Shown here piece after piece: positions 8,047-16,799 of a DNA stretch of 33,561 nt. The translations under genes were made by a program, and so were the position numbers. Origin of the DNA: Actinobacteria bacterium UBA5182 (GTDB taxonomy: Bacteria > Actinomycetota > UBA4738); the NCBI GenBank assembly GCA_002413185.1, contig DHWM01000197.1, forward strand, positions 2,081 through 35,641. Direction: 5' to 3'. Every line of letters begins with the position of its first letter. Within the stretch, counting starts at the first letter, position 1. Under the pieces are notes generated by a model, which was not told the DNA's origin, ran no database searches, and saw only the letters and a list, made by a program, of their open reading frames with translations.

Positions 8047-9063
8047 TCACTCCAGGTCGCCGGCGATGCGTTCGACCCACGGCGCCTCGATCCGAGAGAG
8101 CACGGACCAGGCCTCCCGGATCTGTTCGGGCGTGAGCCGCCGCCGCCACCGCCCCGGTTGTTCGGCCGCGACCCGGAACGTGCTGTAACCGGTCCCGGGC
8201 CGGTTCGACTCGCGGAGGAAGGCACCTGCGAGGTCCGTCCATTCCAGGCCCAGCTGCGAGTAGAGGTTCCGGAAACCGCCTGCCGGATCCGCGGAGAGGG
8301 ACTCGTGGGAGACGGCGACCCAGTCGCCGTGGACGTCCAGCCCGGCCTGGAGGGCGCACGTGAACAGCCCGACCTGCCACGCCACCCGTTCTAACCGGGA
8401 GGCGCCCGGATCCAGTTCGGGCAGTCCCCACCGAGCGCCGAACCGCCGCCGGACCTCCGGGTTGGTCTCCAGGGCGCAGCTGCCCCAGCCGAGCTCTTCC
8501 CAACTGGCGATGACGTTCATGGGATGGCGAAGGACAACCACGACCCTGGGCCGAAAGCGCGCCGCCACCCATCCGAGGGCAAGGGGAGCGTGGACTGACT
8601 TCACCACCACCTGCCCCTTCGCTCTCGGGTCCCTCCTAGAAGGGGGTCGGGCGCCCAGCATCAACAGCCGAAGGCGCGAGGAGACACGGGGACCGGCGTG
8701 ATCGCACAGCGCCCGCCACAAGTCCGCGTTGGCTCTCTCGCCTCCAAGCCGCCGGGCCGCGGCGGTTCGGAATCTGGGCGGCCGGAACCCGGCGAAGGCC
8801 CGCTCCCACAACCGGTCGTAGTCGAAGGGGGCTCGATCCCCCTCCTCCAGGACCGGGTACTGGCCCAACGAGAGCTTGGCCTTCAATGCGAACGGGTTCG
8901 GCCACTCGTTGTCGGGCTCGTTGATGAGCGTGGCCCCGTCGGCCACGCTGAGGGCCCGAGCCACCCACGTGGTCCCCGTTCTGGGCGCGCTGGCCACGAG
9001 CAGTGGCTGATCACTCCTCTGCGGTGTCTCTGCCACGGGCCTCCTCTCGTGGTCGACGCCCAT
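8047..9063 (-). CDS. sulfotransferase family protein
   Basis: The 338-aa ORF carries the PAPS 5'-phosphosulfate-binding-type motif SAPRTGTTW near the N-terminus and a later VVVLRHPMNVIASW segment (3'-PB-like). Confidence 0.75.
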   Translation of the reverse strand: MGVDHERRPVAETPQRSDQPLLVASAPRTGTTWVARALSVADGATLINEPDNEWPNPFALKAKLSLGQYPVLEEGDRAPFDYDRLWERAFAGFRPPRFRTAAARRLGGERANADLWRALCDHAGPRVSSRLRLLMLGARPPSRRDPRAKGQVVVKSVHAPLALGWVAARFRPRVVVVLRHPMNVIASWEELGWGSCALETNPEVRRRFGARWGLPELDPGASRLERVAWQVGLFTCALQAGLDVHGDWVAVSHESLSADPAGGFRNLYSQLGLEWTDLAGAFLRESNRPGTGYSTFRVAAEQPGRWRRRLTPEQIREAWSVLSRIEAPWVERIAGDLE

Positions 9064-9194
9064 CCGAGACCGGACCGGACTCAGCGGCCCACTGGAAATT
9101 ACCTCTCTGGTATGTCAAGCTGCCGGTAGTCAAGCCGCGCAGGGGGATGCGTCAGGGATCCATCTTCCGTGCTGCGCATCAAGGGGGGGTGGAA

Positions 9195-10781
9195 GTGACC
9201 AGGCGCTTTTCGTTCGTTGTCCTGTTCCTGCTCGCTGTCGGGGCGGTGGCGTCGGCAGCGCCTGCCGGTGCCCAGCCGGCTCGCTATGACGGTCGCGGCT
9301 CGCTTCGGGACCTTGGGTACGTCTCCGCTCGAAGCCCGATCCACGTGAAGGCCAAGGCCGATGCGGCGCGGCTGGCGGCTCAGCTCCATCCGCAGGCCCG
9401 GCCGTCGGCCCTTTCAACCCCCACCACCGGGGCGAGCTGGAACGGCGTGTCGGACGGCACCCTCTCCCCGCCGGACACGAACGGCGCCATCGGGCCCAAC
9501 AGCTACGTCGAGATCATCAACCTCCAGGTCGGCGTGTACAGCCGAACCGGAGCGAAGATCACGTCCGGCACCCTGCAGAGACTGACCGGGCACTCCCAGT
9601 TCAACCTGAGCGACCCGATGGTCCTGTGGGACCCGGACACCCAGCGGTTCTACTACAACGTGTGGGACACTTCGGCGGCCACGATGGCCATCGGGTTCAG
9701 CAAGACCTCGAATCCCACGAACCTCAGCACGAACTGGTGCAAATACACGGCCAGCTTCGGCTACAGCACGAGCAACGCGCCCGACTACCCGAAGCTCGGC
9801 CAGACCAAGGGCTTCCTGCTGATTGGCGTGAACTTCTATCCCTCCTTCTCCAGCCTGCTCTCGACCCAGTCGGACCTTCTGTGGCTCACCAAGCCGGCGG
9901 GAAGCGGAGCCATCACCACATGTCCGGCCGCCAGCACCTTCAAGATCGGGAAGTTCTCGAACCTGAAGAACGTCAACGGGACTCAGGCCTTCACTCCCGT
10001 TCCACCGATCCAGGCGGACACCTCGAGCAAGGGATTCGTGGTCGCCAGCGCCGATGTCGAAGACGGCTCGACGGGCAACTTCTTGACGGTCTTCCAGGTG
10101 AAGCCCAGCGGCACCGATCCAACGGTGCCGGTCATCTCGGCTCCGCACCAGGTGGCGGTGGCCACGTACCAGATGGGTCCCGACGCTCCGCAGAGCGGGA
10201 CCAACCGCCTTCTCGACACCCTCGACGGCCGCCTCAGTCACGCCGTCCAGGCGATGGACCCGCGTGCCGGGGCCACCACGGTGTGGACGTCGCATGCCGT
10301 CATGGGAGGCGTGGGAACCGAGGTCCGGTGGTATGAGATCAGACCGACGCCGCTCTCGACTCCCACCGTGTTCCAGAGCGGCACGATCAACGACGCCACG
10401 CTGTACGTCTTCAACGGGGCCGTGTCGCCGGACCGTACGGTGAACCCGGGCGGATCCGCGCACGGTCAGAACATGGTGGCCGGGTTCACCTCGTCCTCCA
10501 CGACCACGTTCTCGGCCGACCAGATGGTGTCGAAGGTCGGGAGCGGGGCGCAGTCGGCGTTCGTGCTGGTCAATCAGTCGCCCGGCAAGAACGAGGACTT
10601 CACCTGCACCACCGCCGGCTCCACGTGCCGATGGGGGGACTACGGTGGGGCCACGCCGGACCCGGCGGCGAGCCTTACGGCCGCGACGGGTGAGGTCTGG
10701 CTGACCAACGAGTGGAATGCCACCAGCACGAATCCCAACGGCGTGTGGTGGCGGACCTGGAACTGGGAGGCCACCCCGTAA
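9195..10781 (+). CDS. secreted protein of unknown function (possibly sialidase/beta-propeller-like fold)
   Basis: GTG 9195 lies behind AAGGGGGGG. A signal peptide VTRRFSFVVLFLLAVGAVASAAPAGA is followed by a Ser/Thr/Asn/Gly-rich mature protein with PPDTNGAIGPNSYVEIIN, DPMVLWDPDTQRFYY and RWGDYGGATPDP motifs. ATG 9147 is an alternative start. Confidence 0.75.
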   Translation: MTRRFSFVVLFLLAVGAVASAAPAGAQPARYDGRGSLRDLGYVSARSPIHVKAKADAARLAAQLHPQARPSALSTPTTGASWNGVSDGTLSPPDTNGAIGPNSYVEIINLQVGVYSRTGAKITSGTLQRLTGHSQFNLSDPMVLWDPDTQRFYYNVWDTSAATMAIGFSKTSNPTNLSTNWCKYTASFGYSTSNAPDYPKLGQTKGFLLIGVNFYPSFSSLLSTQSDLLWLTKPAGSGAITTCPAASTFKIGKFSNLKNVNGTQAFTPVPPIQADTSSKGFVVASADVEDGSTGNFLTVFQVKPSGTDPTVPVISAPHQVAVATYQMGPDAPQSGTNRLLDTLDGRLSHAVQAMDPRAGATTVWTSHAVMGGVGTEVRWYEIRPTPLSTPTVFQSGTINDATLYVFNGAVSPDRTVNPGGSAHGQNMVAGFTSSSTTTFSADQMVSKVGSGAQSAFVLVNQSPGKNEDFTCTTAGSTCRWGDYGGATPDPAASLTAATGEVWLTNEWNATSTNPNGVWWRTWNWEATP

Positions 10782-10882
10782 CGGCCGACACCGCAACCTC
10801 GCTCGCTGTCGAATCGAGGCCGGCCCGTTCGTCGTTATGGGTAGAGACCCCGGAGGGTGGGTCACGAGAGAAGGAGGGAGCC

Positions 10883-11233
10883 ATGGGAGCTCCGGTCGTT
10901 CACTGGGAGATCCTGTCCAAGAACGCTGAGGGACTACAGAAGTTCTTCGGCGAGCTGTTCGACTGGCACGTGGACACGAACAACCCGCAGGGGTACGGCC
11001 TGGTCGACACGCACTCCGACAAGGGGATCCCGGGGGGGATCGGCGCGCCGCAGCAGGGTGACGGATGGGTGACGGTCTACGTGATGGTGGAGGACCTGCA
11101 GGCCACCCTGGACCGCGCCGAGAGCCTCGGAGGTCGAACGATCATGCCGCCGATGGACGTGGCGCCCGACGTGAAGCTGGCCATCCTGGCCGACCCCGAG
11201 GGCCATCCCATCGGGTTGACGCAGGGGTCGTAG
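10883..11233 (+). CDS. VOC (glyoxalase/bleomycin-resistance) family protein
   Basis: ATG 10883 lies behind AAGGAGGG. MGAPVVHWEILSKNAEGLQKFFGELFDWHV...ILADPEGHPIGL is a single VOC module. Confidence 0.8.
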   Translation: MGAPVVHWEILSKNAEGLQKFFGELFDWHVDTNNPQGYGLVDTHSDKGIPGGIGAPQQGDGWVTVYVMVEDLQATLDRAESLGGRTIMPPMDVAPDVKLAILADPEGHPIGLTQGS

Positions 11234-11330
11234 CCCGGCAGAGTCACCGGGCGAGAGAAGGGGACCGGGGCCCGCCCGGTCTCCGTCCTCGTTCGGTTCC
11301 CGAAGGTCCGCGGGCGGAGGTGCATCGCTG

Positions 11331-11804
11331 ATGGAAGCGCCGAAGCGGGTCAAGCCGAAGCGGCTGAACGACTACCTCGAGGTGATGACCAAGGCCGTCT
11401 TCCAGGCCGGCATCAGGTGGCGGGTGATCGAGGTGAAGTGGCCGGGGTTCAAGGGCGCGTTCTTCGACTTCGATCCCGAGCGGATCGCTCGACTGTCGCC
11501 TCGAGAGGTCGACGCGCTGGCGGCCGACACGCGGATCGTCCGGAACCGGCGGAAGATCGAGGCAACCGTCGAGAACGCCGCGACGATGCTGGAGCTGAAC
11601 GCCGAACACGGCTCGTTCCGGAAGTACCTTCGGTCCCACGGCGACTTCGCGTCGACCGTGTCCGACCTGAAGAAACGCTTCAGGTTCGTGGGCGACACGG
11701 GGGCGTACTACGTCCTCTATGTGGTCGGAGAGGAAGTCCCTCCGCACGAGGAGGTCATGGCCGGGATGCCGCCTGCCCGGCGGCCGAAGCCGCGCGGCCG
11801 CTGA
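11331..11804 (+). CDS. tag: DNA-3-methyladenine glycosylase I (Tag)-like protein, short form
   Basis: LEVMTKAVFQAGIRWRVIEVKWPGFKGAFFDFDPERIARL...IVRNRRKIEATVENA...FRFVGDTGAYY aligns by eye with the Tag helix-hairpin-helix core. The N-terminal ~25 aa of classical Tag are missing. Confidence 0.65.
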   Translation: MEAPKRVKPKRLNDYLEVMTKAVFQAGIRWRVIEVKWPGFKGAFFDFDPERIARLSPREVDALAADTRIVRNRRKIEATVENAATMLELNAEHGSFRKYLRSHGDFASTVSDLKKRFRFVGDTGAYYVLYVVGEEVPPHEEVMAGMPPARRPKPRGR

Positions 11805-12963
11805 GGAGCCGGGCCCGAAGGCGTTCGTCGCCCGCCGCGTCGATGCAGGTCCAGGCCATGGCGGTCGCGCCGCGGAGGATGGCGTCGTCCGCCGACGGCG
11901 TCCCGCAGTACGCGGCGAACTCCGCCTGGTGGTTGACCGCCACCCCACTCTCGATGCCCACTGTCGGGTGGATCGTCGGGATGGCCAGCGAGATGTTCGC
12001 CATGTCGGTCGAATAGAAGACATCCGCCTCGGCCGGGTGCGGCGTGGTCCCGAGCGCCGAGAGGTTCGCGGCGTACAGGGCCTCCAGGTCCTCGTCACCG
12101 TGGAAGTGCGAATAGGTCTCGCCGTCGTGCGTGATCTCCACGTGGCAGCCGGTGCCAACTGCGCCCGCCTGAAGGCAGTCGACGACCCGGCGCTCCAGTT
12201 CGCGCAGACGATCCAGCGTCCGGGCCCGGACGAAGTAGCTCATCGAGGCACGCTCGGGGATCACGTTCGGAGCGGCGCCGCCATGGGTGACGATGCCATG
12301 GACGCGATCGCCGGGCTCGAGGTGCTGGCGCAGCAGGCCCACGGCGACCTGGGCCACGGTCGCGGCGTCCGCGGCGTTCAGGCCCTGCTGGGGATAGGCC
12401 GCGGCGTGGGCGGCCTTCCCCGTGTACGTGACGACGAGCTCCGAGCACGCGATGGCGGAGCAGGTCACCTCGTCGATCCCATAGGGTCCCGGATGCACCA
12501 GCATCGCCGCGTGCACGCCGTCGAACGCGCCCCGCTCCAGCATGAGGATCTTCCCGCCGCCCCTCTCCTCGGCAGGGGTTCCGAGGACCTTCACGGTGAT
12601 CCGCAGCTCGTCGGCGGCGGCGGCCAGGGCGATGCCCGCCCCGACCGACGCGGCCGCGATGACATTGTGGCCGCACGCGTGCCCAACCTCGGGAAGCGCG
12701 TCGTACTCGGCGCACAGACCGATGACGAGCTCACCGGACCCGGAGGTGGCGACGAGCGCGGTGGGGAGTTCGGCCACGCCCCGATCGACGTCGAACCCGT
12801 GGGCGGAGAGCGCCTCGGCAACCCGGGCGGATGCCAGGTGCTCCTCGAAGGCGAGCTCGGGGTTCTCCTGGATGCCGTGGCTGAGCGCGACGAGCTCCTC
12901 GGCCGCTGCCTCCACCGCCTGCCGCGCCCGTTCCTTCAGCTCGCCCGGATCGATGTCCCTCAC
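11755..12963 (-). CDS. M20/M20D-family amidohydrolase (AbgB-like)
   Basis: This is the tail of ORF 11755..13947 from GTG 12963, which lies behind GAAAGGAGAG. It carries ENPELAFEEH, CAEYDALPEVGHACGHNVIAAASVG and LGTPAEERGGGK. The GTGA overlaps the upstream gene stop, and the 3' end overlaps tag by 50 nt in convergent orientation. Confidence 0.85.
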   Translation of the reverse strand: MRDIDPGELKERARQAVEAAAEELVALSHGIQENPELAFEEHLASARVAEALSAHGFDVDRGVAELPTALVATSGSGELVIGLCAEYDALPEVGHACGHNVIAAASVGAGIALAAAADELRITVKVLGTPAEERGGGKILMLERGAFDGVHAAMLVHPGPYGIDEVTCSAIACSELVVTYTGKAAHAAAYPQQGLNAADAATVAQVAVGLLRQHLEPGDRVHGIVTHGGAAPNVIPERASMSYFVRARTLDRLRELERRVVDCLQAGAVGTGCHVEITHDGETYSHFHGDEDLEALYAANLSALGTTPHPAEADVFYSTDMANISLAIPTIHPTVGIESGVAVNHQAEFAAYCGTPSADDAILRGATAMAWTCIDAAGDERLRARLLSGRAASAAGQAASRP

Positions 12964-13925
12964 GGGTCTCTCCTTTCTCGGTCCAGCTCCTGCAGCACGG
13001 CTCCCAGCCCTTCGATCGAACGAAGGGTGATCGGATCGAGCACGAGCTGCACGCGCGAGATCCCCTCGGCGGCGAACGATCGCAGCTCCCCCGCCAGCTC
13101 TTGGGGTGAGCCGGTCAGCGGTGGGACCTTGGGCTCCCGTCCGCCGCGCGACGGGACCCCGCCCTCTTCGATTTGCACCAGGACGGCCACCGTTCGCTCC
13201 AGCGTGCCCGGGTCGCGACCCTCCGCGGCGCACGCCTGGTCCACCTTGTCCCGAACCGGCCCGATCCCCTCCGGCCGGTTGCCGTACCACGTGTACCAGG
13301 CGTTCCAGGCATCCGCGTGCGCCGCGGCGAGCCGGAGCATCCGCGGTCCCTTGGTGCCGACCATGATGGGTGGACCGCCCGGACGGGAGGGGCTCGGGAG
13401 GAGCACGCAGTCCCTGGCCTCGTGGTAGCGCCCGGCGAAGTCGACCGCGCCCTCCCGGAGGAGCCCCCTGATGATGGCGAAGGCCTCCTCGAACCGGTCC
13501 ACCCGATGATCGAACGGAAAGCCGAACGCCTGGTATTCGGGTTCGTTCCAGCCGGCCCCGAGGCCGAGGATGAGCCGGCCGCCGCTGATCTCGTCGATGG
13601 TCGCGGCCTTCTTCGCCAGCATCGCCGGGTTGTGGAACGAGACGCTCGCCACCAGGGGTCCCAGTTCGACCCGCTCGGTGACCGCGGCCACCGCGGCGAG
13701 GACCGACCACGCCTCCCATGGTCCGCGGGGAGGTTCGCCGGGGTCCCGGTAGAGCAGGTGGTCGCCCACCCACAGGGAATCGAACCCGACCGCCTCCGCC
13801 GCCCGGGCCATGTCCCGCAATTCGGGCCACCTGACCTCGCGCTCCACCTCGGGGAGTTGCACGCCGACGCGAAGCGGCCTGGTCGGCACCGATGGAGGCG
13901 ACATGGGCATCAGCGTATACAACAC
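12960..13925 (-). CDS. LLM-class (luciferase-like) F420-dependent oxidoreductase
   Basis: RVGVQLPEVEREVRWPELRDMARAAEAVGFDSLWVGDHLL...GRLILGLGAGWNEPEYQAFGFPFDHRVDRFEEA is the typical LLM signature. The start is ambiguous: GTG 13925, ATG 13910 or ATG 13904. Confidence 0.85.
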   Translation of the reverse strand: MLYTLMPMSPPSVPTRPLRVGVQLPEVEREVRWPELRDMARAAEAVGFDSLWVGDHLLYRDPGEPPRGPWEAWSVLAAVAAVTERVELGPLVASVSFHNPAMLAKKAATIDEISGGRLILGLGAGWNEPEYQAFGFPFDHRVDRFEEAFAIIRGLLREGAVDFAGRYHEARDCVLLPSPSRPGGPPIMVGTKGPRMLRLAAAHADAWNAWYTWYGNRPEGIGPVRDKVDQACAAEGRDPGTLERTVAVLVQIEEGGVPSRGGREPKVPPLTGSPQELAGELRSFAAEGISRVQLVLDPITLRSIEGLGAVLQELDRERRDP

Positions 13926-13974
13926 GCGGGAGCGCCCTGTGGCTCACGCCTCCGGGCGACTCGGACGGGCGAGA

Positions 13975-14376
13975 TCAGACGGCCTGGCTGAGCTCGAACA
14001 GATGGCCATCAGGGTCGCGGAAGAAGCACCGGATCTCGAACCCGTGGTCGACCGGGGGCGTCAGGAACTCCGCCCCACGCGCTCGGAGAGTTTCGTACGC
14101 CGCGCGGCAATCGGGGACACGGATGGTGAACGAATGGTCCACCCGGTCCGGGTCCGAGGGCGGCGCGAAGGTAACGTTCGGCTTGTCCTCGGTCGGTCCG
14201 CCGCCCTCCACCAGCAGGAACCAGTTCCCCATCAGCCGAAGGACGATCGACGAGCCGTACTCCCGGTACAGCTCCGCGCCCAGGACCTCGACATAGAAGT
14301 ATCGGGCCCGCCCGGTGTCACCCGACACCAGGATGTGCGTGAGCTCCGTTCCCTCGGTGGGGAAGCCGTTCGCCAT
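13975..14376 (-). CDS. VOC (glyoxalase) family protein
   Basis: MANGFPTEGTELTHILVSGD...FFRDPDGHLFELSQ. The ORF track extends it to TTG 14394. Confidence 0.75.
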   Translation of the reverse strand: MANGFPTEGTELTHILVSGDTGRARYFYVEVLGAELYREYGSSIVLRLMGNWFLLVEGGGPTEDKPNVTFAPPSDPDRVDHSFTIRVPDCRAAYETLRARGAEFLTPPVDHGFEIRCFFRDPDGHLFELSQAV

Positions 14377-14431
14377 GATGGTACCGTACCCCAAGCGTCA
14401 AACCGCCCGAGGGTCGCGGACCGAGCAGGCG

Positions 14432-14931
14432 TCAGTCGATCTCGAGCGTGATCGGCACCGACCGGCCCACCGCGTCGTGGACGGGACAGTGCACCGCGGC
14501 GTCCTCCACGATGGAACGCAACGGGGCCGAAGGGTCTTTGGCACTGACCTGAACGCGAACCCGGACGCTGAGCGGCCCCGCCGGCACATCGCCCGCGAGG
14601 CCGAGGATCCCTCGGTCGTCGGACTCACTGTCGACCACGACCTGGAGTCGTTCCAGGTCGATGCCGGCGCCTGCGGCTCGCATGGCGATCAGCGTCGCCT
14701 CGCAGCTCGCCAGGGCCGCTCGGAACAGCCAACCGGGGGAGGGCGCCGCGTCCCCTCCGCCCACTGACCCCGGCATGTCGGTCGTGGTCGAATGCCCGTC
14801 GGCCCCGTCGACTCGGACGCGCAACCCGGTCTCTAGGACCGCCGTCGCGGCCGAATCCCTGTAGCGGGCCTCATTCGGGTGCTCCGAAAGGTACGCCTCG
14901 GCTGCTTGGAGTGAAACCCTGTGTCGCCCAT
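14432..14931 (-). CDS. OsmC family protein with an apparent 1-nt frame break near the 5' end
   Basis: The OsmC frame is open from 14917 down to 14432: AEAYLSEHPNEARYRDSAATAVLETGLRVRVDG...SPGWLFRAALASCEATLIAMRAAGAGIDLERLQVVVDSESDDRGILG. It has no plausible in-frame start. An ATG at 14931 with an SD (GAGAGGGGA) sits in a different frame, and one extra G in the GGG run (plus-strand CCC 14917-14919) would join the two. Confidence 0.7.
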
Positions 14932-15047
14932 CGCATCCCCTCTCGCCGTGCGCCGGCCGGCTGTTGGGAGATGGTAGCGGCTGGAATGCGAGAGACTCGG
15001 GTGTCCGCTCGCTTTCGCGCGGGCGATCGAACAGGCAGGAGGGAGCC

Positions 15048-15731
15048 ATGAGGATCGGCGTACTCGGCACCGGGATGGTCGGACAGACGTTGAGCGGGGC
15101 GCTGGCCCGGCTCGGCCATGAGGTCGTGATCGGCACGCGAGACCCGGAGGCGGCGGTGGCCCGCACGGAGGCGCCTCGCCCGGGGATGTCGTCGTTCTCG
15201 GAATGGCACGCCGCGAACCCGAGGGTGAAGGTGGCCACGTTCGCCGAGGCCGCCGGGCACGGCGAGATCGTCTTCAACGCGACCTCGGGGACGGGCGCGT
15301 TGGATGCGCTCCGAGCCGCCGGGGAGGAGAGGCTGGAAGGCAAGATCCTGGTCGACATCGCCAACCCGCTCGACTTCTCGGCCGGGATGCCGCCTACGCT
15401 GTCCGTGGCCAACACCGACTCGCTGGGGGAGCAGATCCAGCGAGCGTTCCCGGAGGCGAAGGTGGTGAAAACGTTGAACACGGTGACCGCGGCCGTGATG
15501 GTCGAGCCACAGGCTGTCGGCGACGGCGATCACCACCTCTTCGTCAGCGGCGACGATCCTGCTGCCAAGCGTGAGGTCACCCGGTTGCTCCAGGAGTGGT
15601 TCGGCTGGCGGAACGTGATCGACCTCGGCGACATCACGACCTCCCGAGGGACCGAGATGTACCTGGCACTGTGGATCCGCCTGATGCCGGCGACGGGTTC
15701 GCCGATGTTCAACATCAAGGTCGTGTTGTAG
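15048..15731 (+). CDS. NADPH-dependent F420 reductase-like NAD(P)-binding oxidoreductase
   Basis: ATG 15048 lies behind GGAGGGAG. MRIGVLGTGMVGQTLSGALARLGHEVVIGTRDPE is a Rossmann N-terminus, and the length and C-terminus are typical of the NpdG-like family. Confidence 0.8.
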   Translation: MRIGVLGTGMVGQTLSGALARLGHEVVIGTRDPEAAVARTEAPRPGMSSFSEWHAANPRVKVATFAEAAGHGEIVFNATSGTGALDALRAAGEERLEGKILVDIANPLDFSAGMPPTLSVANTDSLGEQIQRAFPEAKVVKTLNTVTAAVMVEPQAVGDGDHHLFVSGDDPAAKREVTRLLQEWFGWRNVIDLGDITTSRGTEMYLALWIRLMPATGSPMFNIKVVL

Positions 15732-15856
15732 CGGCCGGTCGCTTTCCCAGCCCGGTCGCGATCGCGGCGCTGATCGTTGCCCGAAGGGTGGGTACCTCGA
15801 TGAACGAGAGGGCCACCTGATCTATCCAGATCGCCGGGACTCTCGTAGGAACAGGC

Positions 15857-16799
15857 GTGGGCGAGAGGAGTTCGCGGCGGTCGGTGGTCTTGGCCGGCGT
15901 CGCTGCTTCTTGGGGCGGCGTGTGGCCGGGCGGGGTCCGGCGATCGCCCGTCGTCGGGAGGTTCACCGTCGAACTCCGCCTCTTCGCCCGCTCCGGCGTC
16001 CCCCTCGCCCGCCCTGCTCGGATCGGTGATCGCGACCCATCCCCGTGGCCGACGATGCCGACCCGCTCCTGTTCGCGTTCGGCTCGATCTGGGTCGGCCA
16101 CTATCGGGAACAGGTCCTCGAACGGATCGACCCGGCGACAAACCGAGTCGTGGCCCGGCTCCGCACGGGGTACTCCCCGATCGACCTGGTGGCGGCGTTC
16201 GGCTCGGTGTGGACCGCGGACTACGACGGCAACGACCTCTCTCGCGTAGATCCACGAACGAACCGGGTCGTCGCCTCGATCCGGGTGGGGAATTCCCCGG
16301 AAGGAATCATCGCGACGAGCGAGGCCGTGTGGTCGATCGACCAGGGGAGCGGAGTCCTCTCGAAGGTCGATCCGGCTCGATCTGGGTCACCGAGCAGGGA
16401 CCGGGGATGCTCCATCGCTTGGACGAGCGAACGGGCGCCACCCAGGCCAGCATCCCCGTGTGCGGTACTCCAGTGCACGCCGCCGCCGGGCTGGGAGCGG
16501 TCTGGGTTTCCTGCGATCACGAAAGTGTCGTCCAGCGGGTCGATCCGGCAACCAACCGCGTCACCGCCACCATATCGGCGACCCCGGATGCCCGGTTGGA
16601 CCCCCTCGCCGTCCACGGCGGGGCCGTGTGGGTGGTCGGCGACTCAGATAACCGGGTCTACCGCATCGACCCGGCCAAGCTGGCCGTCGTGGCCGCGCTG
16701 ACCCTTGACTCCGAGCCCCGGAACCTGGCCTTCGCTGATGGCGACCTGTGGGTGGCAGGCTTCGCAGCCGGGCAGGTATTCCGGATCCACCTCCCCTGA
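15857..16799 (+). pseudogene. beta-propeller-repeat lipoprotein gene split over three frames
   Basis: Frame 2 from GTG 15857 gives VGERSSRRSVVLAGVAA. Frame 3 then gives LLLGAACG (lipobox-like) plus a Ser/Pro linker. Frame 1 from 16045 gives repeats ...GSIWVGHYREQVLERIDPATNRVVARL...VDPRTNRVVASIRVG.... Frame 3 from ~16375 gives GSIWVTEQGPGMLHRLDERTG...VQRVDPATNRVTATI...VYRIDPAKLAVVA...RIHLP. The switch points lie at short homopolymers (15907-15915, CCCC 16041-16044, GG 16374-16375). Confidence 0.7.

Noticed and set aside
15047-15049. Minus-strand ATG as the OsmC start (would give a ~205-aa protein)
   Set aside because: It is the reverse reading of the CATG that holds the divergent reductase start. 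That leaves no room for either promoter, and the added 44 aa have no OsmC-like character. The frame-shifted ATG at 14931 with an SD is more plausible.
15755-15768. CGCGATCGCG palindrome (contains the HIP1-like GCGATCGC octamer)
   Set aside because: It occurs once in the window, so there is no evidence of a dispersed repeat family.
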